Shown here one piece after another: positions 1-23,730 of a stretch of DNA of 64,000 bases. This DNA comes from Macrostomum lignano (lineage: Eukaryota): NCBI GenBank assembly GCA_002269645.1, contig NIVC01002941.1:33929-97928 (forward strand), written 5' to 3'. Position 1 is the first letter of the stretch; each line of letters starts with the position of its first letter. Both the position numbers and the translations under genes were made by a program. The notes under the pieces are model-generated. The model searched no databases, was not told the DNA's origin, and saw only the letters and a list, made by a program, of their open reading frames with translations.

Positions 1-710
<710 letters not shown>

Positions 711-1340
711 CTCTAGCCGTATGCATGGTGCTGATGCTAGCAGCTTGTTACGATCCTAAACAAGATTCCCACAGGCTCCGGTCAGTCGTTAATCCATGGA
801 TCGAATTCCCAGGAAATCCACGGCATTAAATTTCAACGGCAAAGCAGTGGAAAACAACAGTGGGGCAGCCTGCAAAAGCAGAAATCCAAACACCGTTGCT
901 GCACCTCTGCCTCCTTGAGCCAAAATCCCAGTACTGCATCCGCCCCATCTCATCAGGGCCAAACAGACCTAAATAATGAACTTGAGCTGCACCCAGTCCA
1001 GGCTCCCATTGTGGTCAGGCACGCTTCGCCGTTAATTTCGACTCGCCTTTGACTGAACTATTTTTCTGCTGAAGAAAGTCAGTCAGCAAATGGCTGGATT
1101 TCTGCGAACAGCCGCAGGTTCTGGCCGAGACTTCAACTGAAATTTGTTTGTTTTAAACATTCTTTTCCATATTTGCACAGTTGGAGACTTTGTAGCTCAA
1201 ATCAAAAATTTTTTTGAGGGAAGAAATTTCACTTGACCTTTGCTGGCCTCTTTGCAAGGACTGCCTGCTCTCCGGCTGTTTGCTGTGGCTCTCCAGGCGC
1301 CTCTTAATCGGCTCTTGCTTCCTCTCTTGTTCCTGCATGC

Positions 1341-1524
1341 TCACCCTGTGTCACATTCTGTCACCCTGTGTCACCCTGTGTCACATTTTGTCACCCTGTG
1401 TCACCCTGTGTCACATTCTGTCACCCTGTGTCACCCTGTGTCACATTCTGTCACCCTGTGTCACCCTGTGTCACCCTGTGTCACCCTGTGTCACCCTGTG
1501 TCACCCTGTGTCACCCTGTGTCAC
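1341..1524. repeat. 10-bp minisatellite (TCACCCTGTG)n
   Basis: About 18 tandem units; explains the overlapping spurious ORFs at 1214-1658. Confidence 0.95.
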
Positions 1525-2179
1525 CATCTGCCTCCCTGTCACTTTTACTCATCCCACCTTTAATCGTGTTTTACCCTTTCTTACCTCACTACTTTTTCTC
1601 ATACTCAATATCTTCTGTCATGCACCCAACAATCTCAGGTGACGGCTGTCCCGTCTGAAGCCTTTTTGTGCCAGGTAAAATGTGCCAGGCACGCGAAGGC
1701 GTATTCAGCATGCCAGTGAAGTATGAGACAGACTAGGCCCATGGGCTAAGGTCTGCGATGCTTCACGCCTGCCCCTATCTTCAGCAGGTCAAGGCTGGTG
1801 GGAGGTCTGCACCCTCTATTTGCCTCTGGCAGCCGCAGACCCCCCCCCCACGCTGTCTCGCAAGTCGACCCAGGGTACTCGTCCCCGCGTGTGTTCAAGG
1901 CAGTCCCTAGGGCTGCTGGACAGACTGGGCTCCGGCGCTGGCGACCCTATCCAGTGGCTTCGGCCGAATTTGGGTATGCGGGTCTGGCTCGCCAACCTGC
2001 AGGCCGTGGTACTGCTCAACGTACTCTCTAATGCCTAAGGTGTTGACCGTGCCGATGGGCTGGAAGGCCGGGGAGTAGTCCGGTCGCAAGCGGTCCCCCT
2101 CCTGGTGTCGGGCCAGCCTTGAGGGTGCTATTGGCCTACTGCCCGGTCAGGTGGAGCGGCCGGGTGGGTACCGCGCCCT

Positions 2180-3718
2180 TTGAGGGTAGCCCACCAACCT
2201 TCTATCATGGCCTTCGAGCCGTCTATGGATAAACAAGCTATTTCTAGGGACGGGGACCCTTCTAAACCCCAACCTCAGTCCGAAGGACCGGCCGGCCCTG
2301 CTGGCAGATCCCAACCGACTGATTCAACTGTGGCAAAGGAAGGACCGGCTGGCTCTGCTGGCAGATCCGACCAGAGCTACCAAACTCAAAATACCCAAAG
2401 ACCTGCCAGCTCCGCTGGTGGATCTAAGGGAACCGCGAGCTCTGAGCCTAAAGGACCGGCCAAATCTGGCAGATCCGACGAAGCTCAGCGGGCTCGGCTT
2501 GAGCGCAAACGCGCTAAACAACGCGCCAAAAGGCAGGCCAAGAAGGGAGCTGCGGGGGCCAAAGCGGCGGCGTCCACCATGGATGCTGAAGCGACTGGCG
2601 TCCCAAGGCAACCAGACGGGCCGGCCGGTGGAAGCTCCGGTAGTTCAGCGGCGGCGCTCCCTGGAGATGCTGCTGCGGCTGCTGAGGCCGAAACCACGGC
2701 GCAACAAATGGCCACTGCCAACAAGGAGGTTCCTTCGGGAGCTACCTTTGCGGCGAAGGCCAAGGCCAAAATCCCGGGAGTGATCATCCAAGGTCGCGAC
2801 CAGGACTGGACCACTGATCAGCTTCAAAAAGTGTGGAGTGCTGTTGACTCCTATCTGATTGAGCTGACTGTCGAGGAGGGAATCTCCATCGGCATTGAGC
2901 GGATGGTGCTGCGAAGCACATTCGTTCTTATTGCTCCTAGCAGCGAGGAGGACGCTCGGCGGCTGCTCCAGCGGCTACCGACGGTCTCCTTGGATGCTGA
3001 CCTTGGCGGAGCTCTTTTTCTTCGCGAGGGCCAGCGTCCAAAGACGATACCCTACCGGTATGTGGTTTTCGTCCCTGCTAAGAGCACCGCAGCTGGACCA
3101 GACGTTATTCGCCGGGTCCTACTGCGTCTGAACCCCGACCTCCCTGCTAGTGGACTGGTGTATCACCGCAAAGTCCGCAGGGGGGAGACGGGCAACTCAA
3201 TTGTCCTCGGCCTTTCCAGCACTTGGGCGAGTCGGTACCCTAATGGATCCTCTTTCCAGCTGGGTGCCCTCAAGCTCAAGATGCGCCGAGGAAAGTCTGC
3301 CAAAGGGAAGGCTACTGCCAACCCCGGCATCTCCGGCAAGAGCGGGGCGCAGTCTAAGGCCCAAGGAAAGGCGCAAGCCGATCCCAAAGCCAAAGCTGCA
3401 TCTCGCCCCTCTGCTAGCAGCAGTTCGGCGACCGCGGTAACGGCTCCGGCCAAGCCCCGGGAACCAAACCTGCCAGTCGGAGAAGGAGTTGAGGACGAGG
3501 CCGGGTCTTCGGAATCCGAGCTCTCCTCGGCCACCCTGGTGGGGTCTGAAGGTAAAGATGCAGGTGAGGAAGCTTCCTCCATCCTGTCATCGGAGCCTGA
3601 GGACTCTGCTGGGGGGGGGCGGTGGGGTGAGGAGGCCATGGACGTCGACCAACTCCCATCTCCCAGTCAAGCCCCAGCGGCCTGGGACGAGGACGATCTG
3701 TTGTCCAAGTCTCCTTGA
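2180..3718 (+). CDS. Retrotransposon ORF1 (gag-like nucleic-acid-binding protein)
   Basis: 512-aa ORF directly upstream of the APE-RT ORF and inside the TSD-bounded element. Low-complexity basic N-terminus; the central globular region (GVIIQGRD...SFQLGALKLKMRR) resembles LOA-type ORF1 (DUF4780-like, from memory). No CCHC knuckle seen. The true start may be an ATG at about 2207 or 2225. Confidence 0.85.
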   Translation: MRVAHQPSIMAFEPSMDKQAISRDGDPSKPQPQSEGPAGPAGRSQPTDSTVAKEGPAGSAGRSDQSYQTQNTQRPASSAGGSKGTASSEPKGPAKSGRSDEAQRARLERKRAKQRAKRQAKKGAAGAKAAASTMDAEATGVPRQPDGPAGGSSGSSAAALPGDAAAAAEAETTAQQMATANKEVPSGATFAAKAKAKIPGVIIQGRDQDWTTDQLQKVWSAVDSYLIELTVEEGISIGIERMVLRSTFVLIAPSSEEDARRLLQRLPTVSLDADLGGALFLREGQRPKTIPYRYVVFVPAKSTAAGPDVIRRVLLRLNPDLPASGLVYHRKVRRGETGNSIVLGLSSTWASRYPNGSSFQLGALKLKMRRGKSAKGKATANPGISGKSGAQSKAQGKAQADPKAKAASRPSASSSSATAVTAPAKPREPNLPVGEGVEDEAGSSESELSSATLVGSEGKDAGEEASSILSSEPEDSAGGGRWGEEAMDVDQLPSPSQAPAAWDEDDLLSKSP

Positions 3719-3757
3719 TGGCCCTGGGCTCTAGCCAGAAATTGCATTTAATACAGT

Positions 3758-6700
3758 ATGACTAAGCTCCACGCTGCCAAAGGAGCGACATTCTGTCTGC
3801 AAATTAATTTACAGCATTGCGTATCTGCGTCAGTAAATCTGATGAAGATTGCTGAGCTGTACAGGCCAGGCCTCATCCTGATCCAGGAACCCTGGATGCG
3901 CAACGGTAAGTTGCCCAACATTCCCTCTGGCTACTCTGATTTTTATGTGTGTGGCCCGGGAACAGTCGCCCTAGAGCGGCTATCCTCGCTGCTAGCCATC
4001 TCCAGGCTTGGCTGAGGACTGATCTCTCTGATGGAGACCTTTGCGTCATCCAATCTAATCATTTCTCTCCGCGTACGTGTCTTGTTGCCTCGGTTTATAT
4101 CCCAGGCGACAGAGACCCTGCTCCTGAGAGTTTACTGCGCCTCGCGCAGTACTGCGAGTCCAGAACGCTGAGCTGTGCTTAGGGGGCGACCTCAACGCGC
4201 ACCACAAGCACTGGGGCAGCAAAGATACCAACACTACCGGTAGAGGAGAGGAGCTTCTGGCCCTCATCTCTAACACAAACCTCATGCTCTGCAACCGCGG
4301 CAGCACTCCTACCTTTAATAATGGCAGATGGACTGAGGTCCTCGACGCCACACTCGTTACCCCAAGACTCTTTGACAGAGTTGAGGAGTGGAGAGTCTGG
4401 TCTGAGGAGCCCTCCCTGTCTGACCACTGCTTTATCGCCTTTAACATCGCGGACACTAAAACCCAGTCTCCGATCACTTGGAGACGCAATATCCGCAACA
4501 CTGATTGGGCGGCCTACAAGGCTGCCCTTGATCTGCACCTGCAGGAACTCACGGACTTACGTCCGATTGAGACCTGCGAGGATGTGGATCATATGGCTGA
4601 GACGCTGACAGGTTGCATTATTGAAGCCTACGAAGCGGCTTGTCCTGCTCGCGCCTACAAAGGCAAGACCTCGGCGCCGTGGTGGAACCCGGAGCTGGGG
4701 AAACTCAGGCGGAAGGCCAAAAGCCTTCATCGCCGTGCCATGAAGACCGGAAACCCGGAGGACATGGAGCTTTTCCGGCAAGCCTCCCGCAATTTCAAAT
4801 CTGAAGTGCGCAAGGCCAAGGAATGTAAGTGGCGCCAATTCTGCAATGAATTGGATCAAGACAGACCTACTTCTAGGCTTGTCAAGGCCCTTACAATGGA
4901 CAAAATGTCCAAATTAGCCATGATCAAAAAAGATGATGGCTCTCTTACTAAAGACCCTGAAGAAGTGCTTCAGCATATGCTTAGCACATTCTTCCCGAGG
5001 GTACCTACTGCTAGACCGGAGCCCAACCATTCGATGGATGGAGCCACCCTAGCGGCGGGCATTGTCACTGAAGACCTAATCGCTCGTGCGGTCAGAACCT
5101 TCAAACCCTTCAAATCTCCTGGACCTGATGGTATCTACCCTGTTCTCCTTCGTGAAGCAGCCAAGATACCCTCGTTCCTGAGACTCACCCGCAATCTTAT
5201 GCGGGCCTCTATCCAGCTGGGATACGTTCCCAAATGCTGGACTGAAGCTCGGGTAGTCTTTATTCCCAAACCTGGGAAGGGTGACTACCAAAGCGTCAAG
5301 GCCTTCCGGCCTATTAGCTTAACGTCAGCAATGCTTAAGCTCACTGAGAGGCTTATTCTCTGGCGGCTGCTGTCCTGCGAGCTGACAGCGATGCCCTCAG
5401 CAATAATCAGCACGCCTTCCGTACCGGGAGGTCGACTGACAGCGCCTTGCATGCGATTGTCGAGAAGATTGAAAGGGCGGTACTGGGTGACGGTTACGCT
5501 CTGGCTCTCTTTCTTGACATTGTTGGCGCCTTCGACAACGTTATCTTTGAAGCGTTTCAGAGGGCCCTTCAAAATCGCAAAGCTCATGCTACCCTCATAC
5601 GGTGGATCATGTACATGATCTCCAACCGTACGGTCACTGCCCAACTTCTTGGGCAAACTGCCTCCACCAGAGTCTGTAAGGGTGGACCCCAAGGCGGAGT
5701 CCTCACCCCGACGCTCTGGAACCTGGTCATGGACGCTCTTTTGAGTGACTCCCGACCCGACCCCGTCTTCAAAGTCGGGTATGCTGATGACGTCACGGCC
5801 ATTGTGGCAGGACCGTCTCCCAGCACGCTCAGGGATCTGATGCAGAGCTTTATCCGCAAAGCAGAATCCTGGGCCAATGACAATGGTCTGGAACTCTCTG
5901 AGCCCAAAACCGTTGCCATTATGTTTACCAGCAGACTACGCTGGAACATACGTCCTCTGCAGCTCTACGGCAGAGATATTGCCTTCGCGCACCAGACCAG
6001 ATGTCTCGGGGTCATACTTGACCACCGGCTCAACTGGTCCTCCACGTGAAAGCAAAAGCCAAGCGTGCCTCAGCCATCCTGGCCCAGCTCCGACGAGCAC
6101 TTGGCACTTCTTGGGTCTATCCCCAAAGCGGCTTTGGTGGATCTATACTTCCGTAGTTAGACCTGCCATTACGTACGCCTCTGTTGTCTGGGTTAGCGCT
6201 ACCCAGGTCAAAAGCCATGCAGACCTGCTCAACACGATCCAAGGCAGAGCGTGTAGGCTCATCTGCAACGCCACCAGGTCCACGCCCTTTGCTGGCATGG
6301 GGGCCTTCCTTAATCTTCCGCCTCTTGACCTCTTCATCAGGGGTGAGGCGGCTAGAACGACGCGGCGTCTAATTGATGCCGGCGTCAAATTCATTTACAT
6401 GAGAGCACCTGCTAAGCGGAACCTTGTCCCGCATAGCGATCTGTGCCTCAACTTTCTCAACGAGTGTCAGGCCAATCGCGTCTTCACCGATGGCATTGCC
6501 TCAACGCTCAACCTGAGACAGCGCTACTCCGTAGCTATCGACTCGCGCGATAACATCAATGACCAATGGAACCCTGGTGAGCTTCATTGCTACACCGACG
6601 GTTCTAAGCAGTCAGCCAACACCGGCTTTGGTGTTGGAATCTTTCTGAACGGGAGGGTCATCGCTACCCACGCTCAATACACTGGGGTCAACTCCAGTGT

Positions 6701-7499
6701 TTTCCAAAATGAAGTTCTGGCCATCAGCTCCTGCACTGCAGAGCTTCTCGCCACTGGCGTTACTGGTAAGAACATCATTTTCCATTCGGACAGCCAAGCT
6801 GCCTTGCACGCCATCAGTGGCTGCAGCACCAACTCTGCTACAGTCCTCGACTGTATCAAACTCCTCAACATGTTGGGTTCCGCCAACAAAATTACCCTTA
6901 AGTGGGTTCCGGGGCATGTGGGGATCCGAGGAAATGAGTTGGCTGACACCCTTGCAAAAGTTGGTGCCTCCGGCTCCTCTCTCGGCCCCGAACCTCTTGT
7001 CCCGATTCCTGGCTGTGTCATCGACTCGCGCATCAAAGCGTGGATCAGGACTCAGCACCGCTCGACTTGGGCGAACCGCACGAACTGCAGGCAATCCAGA
7101 GGCGCTGTCCCTCAGCCCTCTCACCAGCTCCGGAAGCTCCTCTTGCGCCTCTCGCGCAGAGACATCCGGGCTGCCACCATGACCCTCTCTGGTCACGGCT
7201 GCTTCTCCAGGCACCAGTACCTGCAGGGCAACGCCACCAACGCCACCTGTAGTTTCTGCAACTCAGGTGACGAAACCGCTGAGCATTTCGTCAGCATCTG
7301 TCCCGCCTTCACGCGGGCCAGACTCACTTACCTCGGGCCACACACATCTATTACTGAAGCGTGCAAACCCGAAAACTTTAATCAGCTCATGCGCTACCTT
7401 CGGGCCACCCGCAGGGCTGAACTCTCCTTTCCAGAGAGCACCATAGCTGCTGGCGACACTGGGGGACCTCCCTGGGCGGCGCCAACCCTCCGTCCATAG
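3758..7499 (+). CDS. Retrotransposon ORF2: APE endonuclease + reverse transcriptase + RNase H + CCHC, with 5 single-base frameshifts
   Basis: APE motifs QINLQH, IQEPW, GGDLNAHH, SDH. RT motifs KSPGPDGI, FRPISL, QHAFR, FLDIVGAFD, PQGGVLTP, YADD, CLGVILD. RNase H motifs YTDGS, QNEVLAI, SDSQAAL, WVPGHVGIRGNELAD. Knuckle CSFCNSGDETAEHFVSIC. Frameshifts near 3960, 4170, 5385, 6045 and 6112. Confidence 0.92.
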
Positions 7500-7736
7500 C
7501 GACGCGTCGGCCGTTCAGGGACTAGCGGAATGGGCGCCCGCGCCTTCCCGCTGTGTCCCCTTCGGGACAGCCCTGCAGCTAAGTCAAGTAAGTAAGTCAA
7601 GCCAGGTAAAATTCCCCATTCTTTCGTTGTATCTTCAAGTTTCGGCCCCCAATAGGCATGCACTGGCAAAAGCACTGCTTCACAAGGATTGCAGAAGCCG
7701 AAAGCATAGTTAGAGTTGATGCTTGGAATGAACTTT

Positions 7737-7995
7737 GGTGCTGGCGCCCCTGGTGTTGGCGCCCCTGGTGCTGGCGCCCTGGTGCTGGCGCCCCTGGTGC
7801 TGGCGCCCCTGGTGCTGGCGCCCCTGGTGCTGGCGCCCCTGGTGCTGGCGCCCCTGGTGCTGGCGCCCCTGGTGCTGGCGCCCCTGGTGCTGGCGCCCCT
7901 GGTGCTGGCGCCCCTGGTGCTGGCGCCCCTGGTGCTGGCGCCCCTGGTGCTGGCGCCCCTGGTGCTGGCGCCCCTGATGCTGGCGCCCCTGGTGC
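7737..7995. repeat. 15-bp GC-rich minisatellite (CTGGTGCTGGCGCCC)n
   Basis: About 17 tandem units, read directly; translates as GAPGA, WCWRP or LVLAP depending on frame. Confidence 0.95.
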
Positions 7996-8682
7996 TTCAG
8001 CCAATCTGCATGTCAACTGCGGCCTCAGCTTCCTGAATCGAAAAGAAGATTTCCATTCCAACTCAAATATTTCCCAAACGTCCACCCAGATTCTCCCTAC
8101 TCCAATGTTGAGCATGAGTCGGTGGCTCAAGCAAGGCGGAACATGTAAAAGAGAGACTCGCTGAGTCGAATACTAAAACAGGCCAGCTGTCTACGGGGAG
8201 TAGAAACAGACTCCCCTGATGAGGCGGACTTCGACTCAGAATAGAAGTGGAAGAAGTCACAGACGGTTGCACTGGTGGGGTGTCCAGTCTCTCTGAGCGT
8301 GACGTGACTGTTCCCCAACAACTAAAGCCAGAAATGAAGTTGCGAGTTGAAAAAATCAGCAATGAGCAGAGAAAGCTTGTAAAAAATTTCTTCATTCTTT
8401 CGGCATCCACGCTTGCGGAGGTGTCTGGCCAGCAACTTGATTAAACTCCATTCCCTGAGCTCGACAGAGCACGCAAGCTTACTGAGGTTATTTGACTTCC
8501 TCAGTAAAGTACATTGTGTACTTGTCAATATCTGCTAATTGATTTTCAAATTTAGAAAGTGAAATTGAAAAGAAGCTTTTTAAATTAAAAAAACAAATTA
8601 AAATGCAAAACTGACTGACGAACTGAAAAAGAAAGGATAATCAAGATGAGACGACAGGCTAAACCAATTTTCGTGCGCCAAG

Positions 8683-8845
8683 GTACCCGGGTTCGAATCC
8701 GTGCTCAGAAATTGGGACCGAGTTCGAATCCGTGCACTCGGAAATAGGCCCCGGGTTCGAATCCGTGCAGTGCAGTGCTCGGAAATAGGTCCCGGATTCG
8801 AATCCGTGCAGTGCTCAGTAATAGGCCCCGGGTTCGAATCCGGGG
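8683..8845 (+). promoter_or_regulatory. Tandem array of five tRNA T-arm / Pol III B-box motifs
   Basis: GGTTCGAATCC-like motifs at 8690, 8721, 8754, 8795 and 8831. The last lies in a perfect T-arm-like hairpin CCCCGG-GTTCGAAT-CCGGGG. No complete cloverleaf or A-box found. Confidence 0.55.
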
Positions 8846-9165
8846 TAGAGACATAGGTAGAGAGAGAGGTAGACACTGGTAGAGAGAGGTAGACACAGGT
8901 AGAGAGAGAGAGGTAGACACAGGTAAAGAGAGGTAGACACAGGTAGAGAGAGAGAGGTAGACACAGGTAAAGAGAGGTAGACACAGGTAGAGAGAGAGAG
9001 GTAGACACAGGTAAAGAGAGGGGTAGACACAGGTAGAGAGAGGGGTAGACACAGGTAGAGAGAGGTAGACACAGGTAGAGAGAGAGGTAGACACCGGTAG
9101 AGAGAGAGGTAGACACAGGTAGAGAGAGGTAAACACAGGTAGAGAGATTTAGACACAGGTAGAGA

Positions 9166-9233
<68 letters not shown>

Positions 9234-9240
9234 GACACAG
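8846..9240. repeat. GTAGACACAG/GA-rich minisatellite and (GA)n
   Basis: 18-22 bp units GGTAGACACAGGTAGAGAGAGA, then (GA)n at about 9169-9229. Confidence 0.9.
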
Positions 9241-9683
9241 TTAGAGAGTTGTACTCGTAAACACCCTAAAGGCAAAAGCAGAAAGATTTCAATTAGTAAA
9301 AATTCATATTTATCTAAGCAGTCGCCACTACTAACAGTAAGTAGCAAAACATTTAATGTAGTTAAATGTAATCAAAAATAGTCATAAATTCTATTTATAA
9401 CATTTTAAAAGTTGAATTACAGACCAGCACTTACTTCTAGCCATCAAAACCTTGAACTCGCATTAGAAATTTAAAATTGCCGACAATTAAATATCAGTAA
9501 TCAATTAGTGTACATTTAAAGCGGTTAAAGTTAAAATTGATAAGCATCTGATGCCAAAATAAGCAAAAGTATCAATCTAACAATATTATATAGGGTTAGT
9601 TTACGTTCTGTTTATCGCCATTTCAACACTTCAGCCATGGTTTTCCCGCGGATATTCCGCTCTTTGGGCGCCTTTGTTTTTAT

Positions 9684-20868
<11,185 letters not shown>

Positions 20869-22107
20869 CGCTGCTCGCCTCTACTGAAGCCGCTGAGGGG
20901 GGCGCGCCGGTTGTCAGGCAGAAGAATAACTGTAGTTAAGAAGAGTCGCACGATAGGGGGAGGGGTGAGGGTTAGAGATGAAGTTGGGGGGCTTCCCTCT
21001 CTGCCTCTGCTCACCTGAGATTCTAGCGAGACAGCAGGTAGAAGCAAGCGCGCTGCTCTTCACCACCCCCCACCCCAGCCAAAGAAATAATAAGTTAATG
21101 AGGTGAAGTGTGCTCACTTATTGAGAAGGAGAGGCAGAAAGAGCTGGCAGAGGTTTGACGGTCTCTGAGATGCTCAGTGAGTTTGAGTAGAGTCGGACAA
21201 TGCTGACAGGAATACTCATTGTGAATCTGCTCAGAGGTAAGCATAAGAAAGCATAGTGTGTGGCCCATGGGTTTCTAGGCTGGGTTTTCGTGTTTCATTC
21301 AAAGCCAAATATTTTCAGTGATGGTATATAAACTACGCTCATGAAAAAGACATATTTTGCAACTACATTACTTCTAGGTTAGTAGTATGAAACAAACTTC
21401 ATTTTGAAAATAAAATTGTTTTTTATATTATTAATTGTTGCAATATAAACAGAATCAGTAAGAGCGAAACAACGATAAAGTTTTAACATATCTTCAAGTA
21501 GTATATTAAGCATTTGTCAATCGATAATATTATGAATTATTTAATTACAACTATACGGAATTGAACTCTGCCAGATCCTTCAGACTGAATGGCACTGCAA
21601 AATTAGATTTCAGAACCTACGAACTTGTTGCCAACTTCCTTTGAAAGCAAAGAAATTCGAATTTTCGTACAAATCGAGAGGATTTGCCTTCCCACCCCCC
21701 GCTGGCAGACTCAGCGTGAGACCGGGAATCCAGCAAGTTGAATTTGTACACGAAAATCTTCTTCTTTTCTCGCACTGAAGCAGTCTGGTTGCAGAAATAT
21801 TGACAGATGCGCCAGCAAAGATAATGAAGTTTATTTTCAGGTTCTTTTTCAGCTCGGGTCGTCTGAGGGCTGACAGTCAGGGCTGTCAGGATTGTCAGGC
21901 ACAGAGGAAGATGGGGGACAGACTGTTCATTCAAGCTCGAGATGGAGCGAACTGATAAAACCAAAGCGTGAGGGAGTAAAAAACCTCTTTCTGCTTTTGG
22001 TTGATTCACTGATGTCTGAAAACTTTGGAAACTGTTTAACTTTGAAATGGTTTAACTTGTAACAGAATGTTTTAGAAAACACGGCTGCACTTCCGGATTT
22101 GCTTTGC

Positions 22108-22715
22108 ATCTCCCCTCGATGCCTGTTCATTCACACCTTCATTATCACCTCAATGCCTGTTCATTCACGCCTCCGGTATCACCTCAATGCCTGTTCATTC
22201 ACGCCTCTGGTATCACCTCAATGCCTGTTCATTCACGCCTCCGGTATCACCTCAATGCCTGTTCATTCACGCCTCCGGTATCACCTCAATGCCTGTTCAT
22301 TCACGCCTCTGCTATCACCTCAATGCCTGTTCATTCACGCCTCCGGTATCACCCCAATGCCTGTTCATTCACACCTTCATTATCACCTCAATGCCTGTTC
22401 ATTCACACCTCCATTATCCCCTCAATGCATGTTCATTCACACCTGTATTATCACCTCAATGCCTGTTCATTCACACCTTCATTATCACCTCAACGAATTT
22501 TCATTCACACTTCCATTATCACCTCAATAAATTTTGATTCACACTTCTATTATCACCTCAATGAATGTTTACTCACACCCCGGTATCCCCTCAATGTCTG
22601 TTCATTCACACCTCCGGTATCACCTCAATGCCTGTTCATTCACACCTCCATTATCACCTCAATGCCTGTTCATTCACACCTCCATTATCACCTCAATGCC
22701 TGTTCATTCACACCT
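22108..22715. repeat. About 34-bp minisatellite (TATCACCTCAATGCCTGTTCATTCACRCCTCCGG)n
   Basis: About 18 diverged units; explains the ORFs at 22099-22821. Confidence 0.93.
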
Positions 22716-23082
22716 CAATTCTCCTCTCAATATATCTATAATCCATTCCTTTTGCACCTATTCGATTTGTATTAAAAAACAATTTCGATTCTCTTCTTGT
22801 AGAGGCTGTTTGCTTCTATAGAATTAATGAAAAATATATCTGAAAGTGAGTTGCAGTCAACTGGTAATTGAAATTAAATTAAAGAAATTCAGACAGCTCA
22901 GGTTTTTCCAGCTTTGATTAAACTGAGTGCAGGCATAAATTGGAGCACTTTTAAAGGAATTTTCATTTCTGCTTTCAATAGGCGACTTGCATGATGCTTT
23001 ATTTAAATAAAGAAATCGTTATACAGTTTGAAATAATTTTCTTCATATAATCCTCACTGTTCCATTCCATGCCTTTTTCCAC

Positions 23083-23730
23083 TCCTCTCTCCTCTCTCCT
23101 CTCTCCTCTCTCCTCTCTCTCCTCTCTCCTCTCTCCTCTCTCCTCTCTCCTCTCTCCTCTCTCCTCTCTCCTCTCTCCTCTCTCCTCTCTCCTCTCTCCT
23201 CTCTCTCCTCTCTCCTCTCTCCTCTCTCTCCTCTCTCCTCTATCCTCTCTCCTCTCTCCTCTCTCTCCTCTCTCCTCTATCCTCTCTCCTCTCTCCTCTC
23301 TCCTCTCTCCTCTCTCCTCTCTCCTCTCCTCTCTCCTCTCTCCTCTCTCCTCTCTCCTCTCTCCTCTCTCCTCTCTCCTCTCTCCTCTCTCCTCTCTCCT
23401 CTCTCCTCTCTCCTCTCTCCTCTCTCCTCTCTCCTCTCTCCTCTCTCCTCTCTCCTCTCTCCTCTCTCCTCTCTCCTCTCTCCTCTCTCCTCTCTCCTCT
23501 CTCCTCTCTCCTCTCTCCTCTCTCCTCTCTCCTCTCTCCTCTCTCCTCTCTCCTCTCTCCTCTCTCTCTCTCTCCTCTCTCCTCTCTCCTCTCTCCTCTC
23601 TCCTCTCTCCTCTCTCTCTCTCCTCTCTCCTCTCTCTCTCTCTCTCTCCTCTCTCCTCTCTCCTCTCTCCTCTCTCCTCTCTCCTCTCTCCTCTCTCCTC
23701 TCTCCTCTCTCCTCTCTCCTCTCTCCTCTT
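23083..23730. repeat. 7-bp pyrimidine satellite (CTCTCCT)n
   Basis: Read directly. Confidence 0.95.

Larger units (their letters stand above)
1682..7600 (+). mobile_element. Full-length non-LTR retrotransposon, LOA-like (I group, RNase H-bearing)
   Basis: Exact 12-bp TSD GCCAGGTAAAAT at 1670-1681 and 7601-7612. About 500-bp 5' UTR, ORF1, ORF2 with APE, RT, RNase H and a CCHC knuckle, a short 3' UTR, and an (AAGT/AAGTC)n tail at 7581-7600. Confidence 0.93.

Noticed and set aside
2057-2170. Partial HDV-like ribozyme (P1 GGGCTGG/CCAGCCT with G-U at position 1, P3 CCC/GGG)
   Set aside because: No GG for P1.1 after P1 and no C-G-A-A J4/2 before a P2 strand. It is also about 375 nt from the element's 5' end.
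7597-8164. Elastin-like GAPGA/PAPGA ORFs
   Set aside because: Produced by a 15-bp GC-rich minisatellite open in several frames on both strands; no independent coding evidence.
8217-8240. CTGATGAG hammerhead-like core (also at 14573)
   Set aside because: No stem II followed by GAAA and no NUH/stem I partner.
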